Source: Utricularia gibba
Taxonomy: Eukaryota > Plantae > Magnoliophyta
Assembly (NCBI GenBank): GCA_002189035.1
Contig: NEEC01000002.1
Span: 4,588,001 to 4,652,000, forward strand
DNA: 64,000 bases
Reading direction: 5' to 3'
Below the pieces are notes generated by a model. That model had not been told where the DNA came from. It made no database searches and saw only the letters and a program-made list of their open reading frames with translations. The translations under genes were made by a program, and so were the position numbers. Position 1 is the stretch's first letter; every line of letters starts with the position of its first letter. Shown here piece by piece: positions 47,860 to 61,276 of the stretch.

Positions 47860-50800
47860 CAAGCATTTGTTGTTTTCATTTCCTTGCATTTTTCATTAGG
47901 AGTATGCACATGTAGATGCTTGTAGCTAAGGATATGCAATGAAATCTTACTTGCCCAAATCCCTATGCATGTGACTACATTACTATATGTTTTGACATTT
48001 AATTTGAACATCAACAATGGGGAGAGAGGAGCAGCATCCTTGAAACTCCAAGGCAAGGAGGAAACTCTCCTCCAACATGGAAGGAGAAGATCGATGGGGT
48101 CATCGAAGAGCAACTGGATGGAATTAACATAATTCTAATTAGAGGGGTAGATGCGAACTCACAAAGGATTCAGAATGAGAAAACCGTGGGAGAAAAAGGC
48201 AGATGCATAGGAGGCACTTGTATACTAATGAATCACCTAGTGAAGAAGGATACAAACCAACATGTAGGGAACTACTTGTGCAAATCAAGAATTTTTGTTC
48301 AGAACGAGATAGGTAAGTGTGTAGGGATCAAAATACTAATAAACTTGTTGTTAATCCTTGGGGCAAGGTTTCCTTAGGAGAGAATTTCCAACACACGAGA
48401 AAGCCTGGTCCAATTGTAGCACTAGCAATCAATGTGCAAAGATTCCAACTTTAATCTTCCATAATCACTATGTGTGCCATTCCATGGAGAACCGAGTGAG
48501 GATCTTGAAGAACACATAGCAATTTCTCTCAAATATTGTGACATGGTGGTGGTATGAGGAGTCTCTAATGACATGATTAGGTTACATTTGTTTCCATTTT
48601 TATTATGGGAATCGGCTAGAAGATGGTTGGACTCTTTACAATCTAATTCTAATTTTAAAGTAGTAGGAGGATGCATTTTTAAACAAATACTTTGAGCAAC
48701 GAAGTATTCTAACTCCACGCTTGAGAAAGCCAATTTTTCACAAGATGAAAGAGAAAGTATAGTAGCACTTTGGGAGATGCTTCAAGGAGATCACACAAGT
48801 CATGGACAAGCGTGGACTTAGTCTCACTACTATGATTATGCATTCATGATCAGTTGACTACGCAATCAAAGGGACTACTCAACGCGGGCGTTGAGCCTCT
48901 AGAGTAGTTAAGTCTTAGGAAAGCATGGGAACTAATAGATGAATTTGCAAAACGACAAGCACGATAGAGTCAACCAGAATGGAATCTGAAGGATGGAGCT
49001 TGGGACAATGCACATGAGACTACAGTCTCGAAGATTATCGAGACTTTTATTGAAATTAGACGATAAAATCAGCAAGCTCCAACCAGTTATAGCTAATGCT
49101 CAAGCAACCTCATAAAAGTTGAAGAGTGAGGTGAAGGAGGAAGGTATGAATATTAATTTTGTGAATTTTTATGTAAACTTGCGCAAGGAGTTGATGTACC
49201 TGAAAAACCCAGAATTGGAACCAGTAACAGGCACAATGCCTATTTTTACGAGTTTTCCCTCAGTCAATTCATTGAAAAATAGGATAGATTGAATCAAGAA
49301 ATGATAAAGCAGCTCAAATAGTTCAGAGGAGAATTTTTCAAACTAAATGAAGAAGATGAATGAGCAACTGGAGCTACTCAATATGACCACTTGCATCTAG
49401 AGCAATGTTACTCAAACTCACAAAGGTTTGAGGCTTTCAAATCAACCTGAGAAAAACCCTTCTAAATGCAAAGCTGTGGCAATAAGAAGTCGGTTAGGAA
49501 CATAGAGCACAACAGCAGTTGCCCCTTTGAAAAGTGATGACTTGCTAGATGTTTTAGTGTACGTATTTACCTCTTCTTATAATCCTCCAATTTATTATCC
49601 GTAGAGACATGCCAAATCATTAGTGAATCAACAATATTCCAAGTTTCTGAGATGCTGAAAACACTTTGTATCAGCATACCATTCATGGATGTGATGCTGC
49701 AAATGCCCACTTATGCAAAATTGTTGATGGATATTTTGGCCAATTGAAGGAAGATTGAAAATGATGCTGCTCTTGAATTATCCAAGCAATGTAGCATGGT
49801 TTTGAAGCATGGGCTGATTCAAAAACATGCTGATCATGGAATTTGGGCAATCCTTCGCATCATTAGAAGGAGCAATTTTGAGAAGTACTTATATAATCTT
49901 GGGTCAAGCATAAGCTTGATGCCTTATTTTTTGTTTAAAACATTTAACCTTGAAGAGTATTGAGCCATTAAAATTCAGTTGGTGTTTGTTGATAAATCCA
50001 TAAAAAGCCATAAAGGAGTGATAGAAAACATACTAGTAAAAATCAAAAAACATTTCGTGCCTTGTGATTTTGTTGTTTTAGATGTGGAATTTGATATAAA
50101 TGTGCCAATCAGCTTTGAGAAACCATTCATGCCATAAAAGCATTGATGGATTTAAGAGCAGGGAAATTGACACTCAGATTTGAGAAGGAAGAGCTAGAGT
50201 TTAATGTTGATCAAGTTATGAAGAAATTTGATTGCAGCGAGCTTGTGCAAGGCAAGCAAAAGATGCAGTTACATAGGAGGATTCACAACCAATTTTTCTG
50301 CATGAAATTTAATAGGTAAATCCCGTGAATGATCGAAAAGAAGACACTCCCAATGACACACTAATGATAGCTGGATTAACAAAGAAAGAGCCTGATGCTA
50401 GAGGGAAAATTGAGTTGAAGAAGTTACCATCGTCTCTAAGGTACGAGTTTCCTTGAGATGACCACATTTATCTTGTAACTATCAACACAAGATTGAATGA
50501 AGAATACACTCAAAAGTTGTTGGACATCTTAAGCAAATGTCGACATGCCATTGAGTACCTTGGATGACTTGAATGGGCTAGACCCTCTTTTCAACATTCA
50601 TCGGACTTGAAATTGTTAGATGTTGATATCATCTACTATATTTCAAATACTTAGTTAGTCGAGTGCTTTGTACCAAAGAAAGGAGGAATGACAGTTACAT
50701 AGAATGAGAAAGGAGACCTTGATGACTATCCACTTGCACAAGATCACTAGCTGACGAATGTGCATTGATTAACACAATAAAGTCACAAGAAAGGATCATT

Positions 50801-51388
50801 ACCCAGTATCATCTATTGATCAAATCTGAAAAGGTTGAATAATCAAGATTTTATTGTTACCTTGATGACTATTCTAAATATTTTCAGATACCAATTCGTT
50901 TAGAGGACCAACATAAGACCACATTTATTTGTCCTTTTGGCATCTTTGCAAGCCATTTAGTTTGTGCAATGCTCTTGAAACATTTTAGTGCTGCATATTT
51001 ATTTATGGTGCTCATTTCTATTGATGTTTGTGGAACTTTGGCATCATTCTAGTGAGGTGTATTGAGTATAACTTGGTGCTCAATTTGGAGAAATGCCATT
51101 GTATGGTAAAAAAATTCATTGTGCTTGGACATCAGATTTCATTCAATAAAAATTGAGGACATTGAAAAATTATCAACACCGAATATGGTAAAGGGGGGTA
51201 GATTGAGAAAGTAGGAACCAAATCCAGATTGATTAATTGGATATTACTTCTTCAAGAATTTGATTTCGAAATTCATGACAAAAAGTGCAAGGAAAATGGA
51301 GTAGCGGATCATTTGTTATGCCTCCAACTTAACACAAGTGTAGAGAAGTTACCAGCTGATATTTCTTTATCCACAGAACGTATTCTTG
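47860..51388 (+). mobile_element. Heavily decayed Athila element (gag, protease, RT, RNase H)
   Basis: gag IRLHLFPF near 48580, RT VPKKGGMT and DQHKTTFICPFG at 50670-50945, RNase [17 protein letters not shown]...ADHL at 51229-51330. The 5' boundary is approximate. Confidence 0.85.
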
Positions 51389-54300
51389 TGTCACGACTCA
51401 CTTTTAGGGCCTGGGAAATATTAGTCATGACCACCCAGTCTTAACAAAAAACTAGAGCTCCGGGTGTCTTTCATAACATGATTCATCAACATCAAAATGA
51501 GTAAATGCATAAGTAAACTAGGCATAAGACTTTGTCCAAATGCATTTATCTAATGTGACTTGGTAAAACTTGGTTGATCACTAGAATTCTACTAACTCCC
51601 TTTTGCTCTCTTAAAATAAATAAAAGAGCAATCATGCATTTGAGTTTTAAAACAAATCAAAACCAAGAAAAAATATAAAGAGTTTATAAAAGAAACTTAA
51701 AGCACATTTTGAGTCCTCATAACTATCTTTCTCACTTCTCATTGTCATCTAGTCTTGGTATTGCTATGAGATCATGATAGGTACCCTTGTCTATGGTTCG
51801 ATAGTCAAGAGAGCCACCTCTGACCACATAATCACAAACTTAAACCATACCTAACATATCATATCCTATCTTTGTCATGTAACTTTCATACTTTTTAACC
51901 TCTCCACTTCTAGATGATGCCTCAAACATGCATAACATATTAGCCCGTGGTACAACCACGTTGCTGAAGCTATGCATCCATACCTCCTGCACTCTTTCCT
52001 AACTTTTTTATCACTAATACATAGTACATATTGCACATACCATCTTAAAGGTGACAGGGGTGGCTATCAGTGAAGAGAATCATATTATTGGTATTAAAAA
52101 TAGTTTTTTTCTGAAATAACATGAAATAAACTACTCCTCTGTTAAAATTTTCATGCAACATAAAAGGTTTTTGAGTGTAGACCCAATCACATCCAAAGTA
52201 ATGGAAATTAAACACCAACATCACATAGGCACATAAGTTTTCGTAAATCAATTTTAAAGATAAGTAAGGCTTCAAAAGCAATCATCCCAGTTACCTAGAT
52301 ACCCTAGACTCTAAACCAACTCTAAAACTTTGTTTACTGAAGGTACTGTAACCCTTCCTTCGAACCTCTCCTCCTCGTCTTTGTAAAACTCAAAAAAACT
52401 TAAAGAACTCTCAATTTCATCATATATATATCCCCTTCTAAACCTCATCCTTATTTTTTGTGTGACATGTGGTATACATGCAAGATGTACATGTGGCACA
52501 CATGCAAGAGGACATTTGACACACATGCAAGACAACACATGGGATGCATGCAATGTTTTCACTTGGATCATTTGATTGGCTCAGTTGGATTGAAGTGGAA
52601 CAAGTAAAAAATTAAAGATCAACCTCCTTAAAACTTGAATCCTCACATTCACCGCATGTTATTTGGAGTTTTGTCCCGAAACTTGATTAAAGTCACCTAT
52701 ACCAACTCGGGAAACTCTGCAAGTATCTTAGATTCAACCCCCTAGGTAGTCTCTTGCATATTGTGATTAGATCATTGAACCCTCACCATTGGAATTACCT
52801 TAGTCTTAATTTCCTTTCTTGTCTATCAAGTATCTTTATTGGTACTTCTTTGTAGGATAGTTGTTTGTCAACAAAAATAATTTCAGGAATCATCTTATGC
52901 TGGTTAGTGTCCAAACATTTTTGTAATTGAGAAACATGTAAAAAGTTGTGTTTTCTGACATTCTCTTCAAGTAATCATAGAATATATGCCATTGATCCAA
53001 TCATTTTCTCAATTTGGTATGGACCAAGATACCTTGGAGCAAGTTTATTTGGTCTTCTGATCTGGGATACTCCTTTCATTGGAGTAACCTTGAGATATAA
53101 AAAGTCTCCAACTATAAATTCCAATGATCTCCTATGCATATCGGCCCATTCTTTAACCTACTTTGAGCTATTCTTAAATTCTTTTGAACTACAACTACAA
53201 AATCCTTAGTAATTTTGATCATTTCAGGTCCTATAATGTATTTCACCTATTTCATTTCAGTACATCGGCCTCCTACATTACCTTCCATACAATGCCTCCT
53301 AGGGTGCCATATTTATGATATGGTGGTGGTTGTTGTTGTGAACAATTTCCATGAAGGCTAGATACTTGTCCCATGATCCATCAAACTATAAAATACAACC
53401 TCTTAACATGTTTTCCAACATCTAGAACACTCTTTTAGTTTGGCAATTGATGAACGCTGGAAATGGGTTTGCTAAATGTCGCGGTCTAGCACATTCAATG
53501 CATCAAACGAAATTTATAAACCTAGCTATTCTACTACACAAATCACAAGAATTAATATAGTGTGGCAAGCAAGAGCCGAATCCACATGTAATGATTACAA
53601 TTTCCTGAAGTTTACCACATTTACTAAAAGCAGGGAGGGTTTGTCTAGAGGTTTAACTCTAATGCACGTAAGATGTAAAATAACAATGGCTGGAATAAAC
53701 GGGTTGCAGAGTTGAAAAGGCACTTAAATTAATGTGAATGTACAGAAAACATAAAATAAAAGTGATTTGGCTAGGTTTTACACTAGGATCTGACTCTTGT
53801 GTCACTCAAGAGAGCCCATAGGCTTAAACCCAGCTTTAAAACGCTTGAAAACAGGGCAAGGAGTTACATGAACAGTAAAAAGCATGTTTAACTTAGAACC
53901 TAACACAAAAACCTTAAACAGCTTTTCTGTCCCTTTTTACTTGTCAACGCGGAAAATGCAATGCTACAGTACTAGCTCTTACCTTGTTAAGACTTAAACA
54001 CAAACTAGAGGAAAAGATTAGAGTTTTTGACTCAATTGTTGCCAATTGAGCCTGTTTTCACAATAAACACATTTTAACAAACTAAATATACAAAAGGAGA
54101 CAATTTAGCACACTAAACAACATTTATCCATACAAAACACACCTAAAAGCACATATAAAAACACAATAAAAATGGTGTTATTAGCCATCACTTTGAGGAT
54201 GGTAAGATGTACAAAAATTCAACTTGGTTCCCATTGCTTGTTGCAAACTTTTCCAAAACCTTGATACATAGCATGTGTCTCTATCTAAAACAATTGTTAA

Positions 54301-55590
54301 AGGCACACCATGCAAATAAAGCACATCCCTTATATACTGCTCAATAAGCTTGTCGATGCTTCATGTCCTCTTATCGTGGGAAGATATGCATCTTTGGTAA
54401 ATTTGTCCACAATCACCCAAATAACATTGTTATTTCTGATAGTTCTTGGTAATCTCACTATAAAATCCATCGTAATATGATCAAACTTCCATTCAGGAAT
54501 TTACAATAATTGCAACTTCCCTCCTAGTTTATAGTGCTCAGCTTTAATCCTTTGGCATGTGACACATTTAGCTATGAACTTTGCAATATCCCTTTTCATC
54601 CCAGGCCATCACCACTTTAATTTCAAGTCGTGGTACATTTTGTTACCAACAGTCATCCCATTGAATTTCTCCTTTATTTCACCTGCTACTACTTTCTATT
54701 TCAACTTGTGTATCTTAAGCTTTTGATTTCGAGCTTCTTTAACTTTCTCTAATAACACTGGTATTGCTAGTAATATATCCAATTTCACCTCTTCATCATC
54801 CTCTATGACCTCCAATCTAAGATTAGCCAACCTACTTGCTAACAATGTAGCCATGCTTCCTTGATTCTTCATACTTAGAGCATCAACAACCTGATTTATC
54901 TTTCGAAGATGATATTTGATTTCAAGGTCATAATACTTTAGTAGTTCAAGCCATTTTCTTTGCCTCATGTTTAGTTCCTTTTGAGTAAACAAATATTTCA
55001 ATCTTTTATGATCAATAAATACTTCAGATTCCACCCCATTTAAATAGTGTTTCCATGACTTTAGTGCAAACACAATGGTTGCTAGTTCCAAATCATGAGT
55101 AGGATAATTCTTTCCTAGAGCCATAAGCTATAACACTCTCTTTCTGCATCAAAACACATCCAAGCCCATCCTTAGAAGCATCACTATAAATAATGAAACT
55201 CTCGTTCATCATATGTAGTGTGGGTGCTGGTGCTGTAGTAAGCTTTTGTTTCAATAGTTGAAAACACTTTTCGCACTACTCGTACCATATATGTTTCAAC
55301 TCCTTTGTCAATTCAGTAATAGGTACTGCTATCTTTGAAAATTCTTGAATAAACTTTCGATATAACCCGCCATGCCCAAGAAACTTTGAACCTCCTTTGC
55401 ACTTTTAGGTTGAGGCCAAGCTGTCACTACTGCAACTTTCTGTGGATCAAGCCTCACACCTTCAGCAGATATTTCATGTCCATGAAAAGAGACACTTGAC
55501 AACCAAAAATCACATTTACTGAACTTAGCATTCAATTGATGAACCCTCATAAGCTGTGAAACTGTTCTAAAGTGTTGTTTATGCTGTTTT
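51389..55590 (-). mobile_element. Tekay/Del chromovirus 3' half (RT end, RNase H, integrase, chromodomain, 3' LTR 51389-52647)
   Basis: [23 protein letters not shown] (ORF 54696-55124), KFSKCDFWL, FHPQSDG. LTR TGTGAGG...GTCGTGACA. Confidence 0.9.
53448..54183 (-). mobile_element. Athila-like solo LTR (736 bp, internally deleted) inside the Tekay integrase
   Basis: Homologous to 63081-64000. Near-TSD GCAAT/GCCAT. The host reading rejoins at FHPQSDG. Confidence 0.8.
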
Positions 55591-55905
55591 ATCCTAGGAA
55601 AGATTAGTCATGAACACCTAGTCTTAGAAAAAAAATAGAGCTCAAGGTGTCTTTCATAACACATTTCATCAACATCAAAATGGGTAAATACATAGGTAAA
55701 CTAGACATAAGACTCAATCCAAATGTATTTGTTTAATGTAGCTTGGGAAAACTTTGTTGATCAAAAGAACTCTACTAGCTCCCTTTTGTCTAAAAGACTG
55801 GTCATGCATTTGAGTTTTAAAACAAGTCAAAACCAAGAAAGAATATAAAGAGTTTATAAAAGAAAGTTGAAGCACATTATGAGTCTCCATCTTCTCCTTT
55901 GATGC
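55591..55905 (-). repeat. Third Tekay LTR fragment (3' end)
   Basis: Matches ~51415-51740 and ~31105-31530. Confidence 0.85.
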
Positions 55906-56095
55906 CTCTAGGTAGGTCATAAGTGATGGTGGAAAGCACTTTATTGAGAGGGAGTTCCATAAGCTCTTGCGCAAATATGAGTAAGATGTAGAGCATCAAC
56001 TCCATATCACCCACAAATGTGAGGTCAAATGGAGGCAACTAATAGGGAATTTTGAAGTGGATTTCTGGAGCATATGATGGCTAAAATCCGTAAGG
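55906..56095 (+). mobile_element. Athila integrase fragment
   Basis: ISDGGKHFIEREFHKLLRKY and TPYHPQ-like readings. Confidence 0.7.
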
Positions 56096-56099
56096 ACTG

Positions 56100-56189
56100 G
56101 GCAATCAAATTAATAGATGCTTTGGGTTTCTCGAAAATTTTTAAATTTTGATGATTTTCTAGCATGTGATGTCTATGAGAAATCTTACA
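56100..56189 (+). repeat. 3' terminus of an Angela-related LTR
   Basis: TTGGGTTTCTCGAAAATTTTTAAA...GATGTCTATGAGAAATCTTACA resembles 37240-37309. Confidence 0.5.
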
Positions 56190-56449
56190 ATGCTATTAGA
56201 GAGAGGTTACGGAATACATGTATACATTAGAATCTTTGTTGATTTTGCAAGATGTTCTCGTAATTTGCCTTACTTGCGATAATTGTAATAGCATGGGATG
56301 CACGAAATCTGATTATGCTGGATTGTTTCGCTGCCTTATTATGCACAAAATTTGATTCATGATTGGTGCTTTCGAGAATCAAACCTTATGTGTATATGCA
56401 CAGCATGATGATGGTTCATATATGTATAGTTGTGGGCCATTATGGCCCA

Positions 56450-59400
56450 CGCATGAATTTTGATGAGAATGATCATATTGGTGAATTATTGGTGCATATG
56501 ATGTTTGATAATTTATTTGTGACCAAGGCATCTAGGGTCAATTAGGATTTTCGATCATTATGTTTGAAAGTATGGATAAAAAATTGGATGAAGTACAACC
56601 AAATCTCAAGGAGAAGAAAAGAAGGATTTTGGTGATGATGGGAGTGAGAAAAAGATATCCCTCACTCAAGAACACGCCACAGAGTAGAGGAGAGGAGATA
56701 TGGGGAAGAACTAGGAAGAACAACGAAGAAGAAAACCTAGGAATGAACCTCATGTCTGAAGACTATCTTTTGTTTCCAAAGGATATTACTCTCAGCTAGG
56801 AGGAGCCTAGGATAGTTTTAGCTTTCAACATTCCATGCTTTATGGATTGTTTTCTCGTTATCGATTGTGATATAAGTTTAATATGGATGATGCTTTATGT
56901 TCTAGTTTCATTTCCCTTATCATGAGTAGCTAAAACACCTAGTGGCGCCTTAGGATAAAGGGGTTAACAAGTTTGTTAATCGCTAAACCACATTAACCAA
57001 ATATCACATTATGTCCTTACAAACCAAATAGATCCAAGAGGGGGAAGCAGTGAAGCTCACTATAACAACCCTAGTTAGAGGTAGACCAAAAATTAGAGAA
57101 AACAAAGATTTGGATAGACTTAGACCTTTGCTTGTTATGTGAATGATCAAGGATTTAAGTGGGGTAGTTGTAGCAATTTGCATGTTAAGCCTAGGAGTCC
57201 CAAGGCATCACCCATCTCATCTTAGATAGAATTGAATTCAAAAGTTTATTGTTTTCTTTACTGTATTTTATCATAAATCTACTTTAGTCCTAATTTAGAC
57301 TAAATCTATCAATGTGACATTGACTGCATGCATTGATAATCACATGACAAGCACATGCTCTTCGTGTTTGACCTTGATCACTATGTTCATATTTGTTGTA
57401 TGATTGGATGTGAATTAGGATTATAAAATTATAATTCATGATATGTGCTAATATTTTCATTTATTAAATTGACGCCATTGTCAGGGAGTAGTGTTTAATT
57501 TTTTTGCAATTACGTTTATCTGGTGTAGGTGATCTTATTTTCTATCTAGAAATCGAGAGAGCTATCAATAAGAACCGCACAAGATTGAGAGAAGCAACAA
57601 GGTTGAGAAAACTCCCTGCTGCAACTCAAGTTAATTTCATCATGGCAAAACAAGAGAATAAAAGCCAGCTATGATTAATTTTCTACTTAAGTAATATGGA
57701 AAAGTGGGTGAAAACCCACATGAACATCTAGACAATGTCACTGGTTTTTGCACCTCTTTCAAGAGTGCTAGGATGACTGAAGATGCCATATGTTTAATGG
57801 CATTCCAATTTACACTGGAAGGAAGTGCAAAAATATGTTCCAACTCTTTGAAGCCTGGGATCATCATAGATTAGAGTGGGATGAAAAAGGTATTCTTGAG
57901 TAAATATTTCCCTTCTTCCAAGGCTGAAAGAATAAGAAATGAGATCAGTGACATTGAGCAAAAAAGCGGGGAATCTCTACATGAATATTGCAACTGATTT
58001 AATCACTTGCTGGGCTCCTATCCACACCACGGATTTCAGATCAATGCATTGGTCAAATATTTTTATGATGGACTTCTATGTACACATCTAGCTATAGTGG
58101 ATTCTGCTGTAGGTGGATTTTTAAGGAAAATAACTCCCATGGAAGCTCCTGCATTGTTTGAGGAGTTGGTTGAGCACTACAGACATATTATTAGAAAACA
58201 CACCTCAAACAGAAGAGTTTATGAGCTAGAATGTAGTCCAAAAGCATCATAAATTGAGCTTACAAAAAATGTGGCTGCCATGTCTGAGATGATGAAAGAA
58301 TTATTCTTATTCCAAGCTAAGAATATGCCTTGTGGGAACTACCACAAAATGAGACACCTTGCTGATAAATGTCCCGATTTGCTAAAGGAGAAACATGTGA
58401 AATTAATGGGATGTTCGGAGCCACAAAAGTATAAATATGATCCCTATTCAAACACCTACAAGCTTGGATGGAAGGATTATCCAAATTTCAGATGGAGCAA
58501 TGGTGAAAATTCTTACAAAGGTGAAAGTTCATATTCTGGACAGCAAGGATTTAAGCAAAATTTTCAGGAGCAGCCGCAATGCTCTTATCAAGCTCCACCA
58601 TTTTGCAAGCCAAATCAGCAGGTGCAACAACATTTTCAACCTCAAAACCAAAATAATTCTGGAGGAAATTTCGGAAATTCTTTGGAGGATATTTTGAAGA
58701 CTTTCATGACCCAATTCATCAAAAACCAAGTTGAAAACCAACAAGCTATGAAGAACTTGGAAATTCAAGTAACTCAAATGACGACAGAGGTTGGGGAAAT
58801 TAAGCAAAAAAGGAAGCCTACCATCGCAAGCCGAACAAAATCCCAACTTTGGGGGAAAATATTAGGGCAATGACAATGAGAAATGAGAAGGAAAAATTAG
58901 TCCAACCTAAGAGTAATTCAGAGTAAGAGAAGAGTATGAAGTTGTGGTAAAAGTAACCCCACCACCACCATTTCCAGCAAGGCTGAAGGCGAGAGAGGAA
59001 TAAAATGAGAAGGAAAAAATGTTGAGAGCTTTAAGTAATACCCAATTGAACTTTACTCTACTTGAGTAGATTGACCTAGTGCTGAAAAGTGTCAAGTACC
59101 TAAAGCACCTCTTTATGCCAAAGCCAAAACTGAAGGAAAAAGACAAGCTGAAGCTAAGTGAAAGTTGTTCAGCCCTCTTAACTTGGAAGCTACCTGAAAA
59201 ACACAAGGACCCTAGAACTTTTTTTACTTCTTGGAAAATTAATGACTTGAACATCAGGAGAGCAATGGATGACCTTAGAGCCTTCATAAACATGATGTCA
59301 TTTTTTGTGTACGAGACTCTCAGGTTAGGGCCTCTACAAGCCTCAGGAGTGCAAATTGAGCTTGCTGATCGAGGATAAATTTCTCCAAAAAAGTTTAGTT

Positions 59401-60195
59401 GAAGATGTCCTAGTGAAGATCGAACAATTGGTGTTTCCAACAGACTTTTATGTGGTGAATATGCCTCCTGGAAGTTTAAGGGATATGACGATTATCCTTG
59501 GAAGACCATTTTTGAGCACTTCAAATACCATAATTAACGTGAAGATGGGCACTTCAAATGCCATAATTAATGTGAAGATGGTCAATTTTTAGCATGTGAG
59601 TGGATGTGATAGATAAATTGGTTGAGGAGCATTTTGAGAATGCAATCCAAGAGAAGGAAGAAGAGTATGAGGAATCATTTTTTGCAAGGATGGAAGCCAA
59701 AAAAGGGTTAAAACACGTGAATGCTATGCAGATCAAGACCCTAAAAGAGAGGCCAGCTGAGTTGAAGCCACTGCCCACGCACCTGAAATATGCATTCTTG
59801 AATGAAGAAATGAATAACTTTGTTATAATCTCTAATGTTCTCAGCTTAGACCAAGAGTCATGACTACTTGAGGTGCTAATCAAGAACAAGAAGGCGATTG
59901 GCTGGACCCTTGTAGATATTGAAGGCATCTCTCCTTCTATATGTATGTAGAAGATCCTATTAGATGTAGCAAAACCTATACACCAACCACAAAGATGCCT
60001 TAACCCAAAAATGATGGAAGTGGTAAAAAGGAAATATTCAAACTTTATGATGCAGGTATTATCTATTGCATCATAGATAGTGAGTGGGTGAGCCCAATCT
60101 ATGTTATGCCCAAGAAAATTGGCATGACGGTGGTGGAGAACAAGAAGGGAGAGCTAGTGCCACAAAGAATCCAAAATGGATGGCGTGTGTGATAG
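56450..60195 (+). mobile_element. Athila element (5' LTR to ~57459, degenerate PBS, gag, protease, RT start), truncated
   Basis: LTR of the same family as 20724-21818 and 61277-62445. PBS-like TTGACGCCATTGTCAGGG near 57470 (tRNA-Asp type TGGCGCCGTTGCCGGGG). gag 57620-58870, IILGRPFL, WVSPIYVMPKK. Confidence 0.85.
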
Positions 60196-60199
60196 ACCA

Positions 60200-61216
60200 T
60201 ACCATATCTTTTATTTTGAGTCACTCATTATATTTTATGTCGATGAGTGACTTCACTATTGTGTGTGACTCTATAGGCCTCTTTAATTAAGGTTGTAATA
60301 ATGGATTTATTAATTAACTCTTAATTAATTAAATTCATCATTATCGATCATGAGTGATATCTAGCAACATATCATGATCTCCAAGATATAAGAATAATAA
60401 GGTGAACGGATTGAGTCTTTCTATTACCAGCCACCATCCAATGAACAGCTTTCATCATACTTATAACTCATTCGATATCAAAATATGGGTGTGTGTCTTT
60501 TTGATGAATCAAACTTATAACTGCATTCAAGCACTAACACTAAATGACCTTCTCAAACTCCTCAAGTATCATTACCTTTGGTTCATGACTTACTTAGGCT
60601 TTGATGCAATTACTTGAGGTAAGATCTTATAGCAAATATGAGTGATAAATCTTTTATCAATCAATCAACTATCTTCAACCTTAAGGAGTCATATCCCTTC
60701 TCATCCATACTAGGCAAGTCAAGGTTAGACTCCCATTAGTAATGAATGAAAATATGAGCTTAAGATCAAAATAACTTTAGTGACCTCAAGTCTAAATTTA
60801 CTTGCATGGTTGTCATAATTGAGATCTTGCTACTAAGACTTGGTTAGCTTCCCATAGTAGCATCTTGAAGATTAGTCATCCAGTGAATCAATTATCTAAT
60901 CGACACCCACACATAGATTCTAGTCATCTCATTATATTAGTTGTGAGAACCATTGTCTAAACAGTTTAGGGAACTCAATGTTGCCAGCTTATCTATATTT
61001 TTTATATCCTCATTTCACAAATACTCTAACTAGGAATTTTTAACTTGAACATAAATGCTTTAAGAATCTCATATTATGATCTCATCATTATTTCTATAGC
61101 ACATAGATCAAGTAGAGGATTTTTTCAATAATATAAATTTGATGACAATTCAAAGTAAATATCAAAAGATAACATTTTCCAATGAGTTGATTGTCTCTAG
61201 AACACATACACTAACA
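60200..61216 (-). mobile_element. Angela LTR, 3'-truncated
   Basis: LTR start TGTTAGTGTATGTGTTCTAGAGACAATC at 61216. Collinear with ~8500-9580. Confidence 0.85.
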
Positions 61217-61276
61217 CAATATCCTCAAAAAGGAAAGTATTCACATTATCATACAAGTGATAGAATATAGAGTTAG

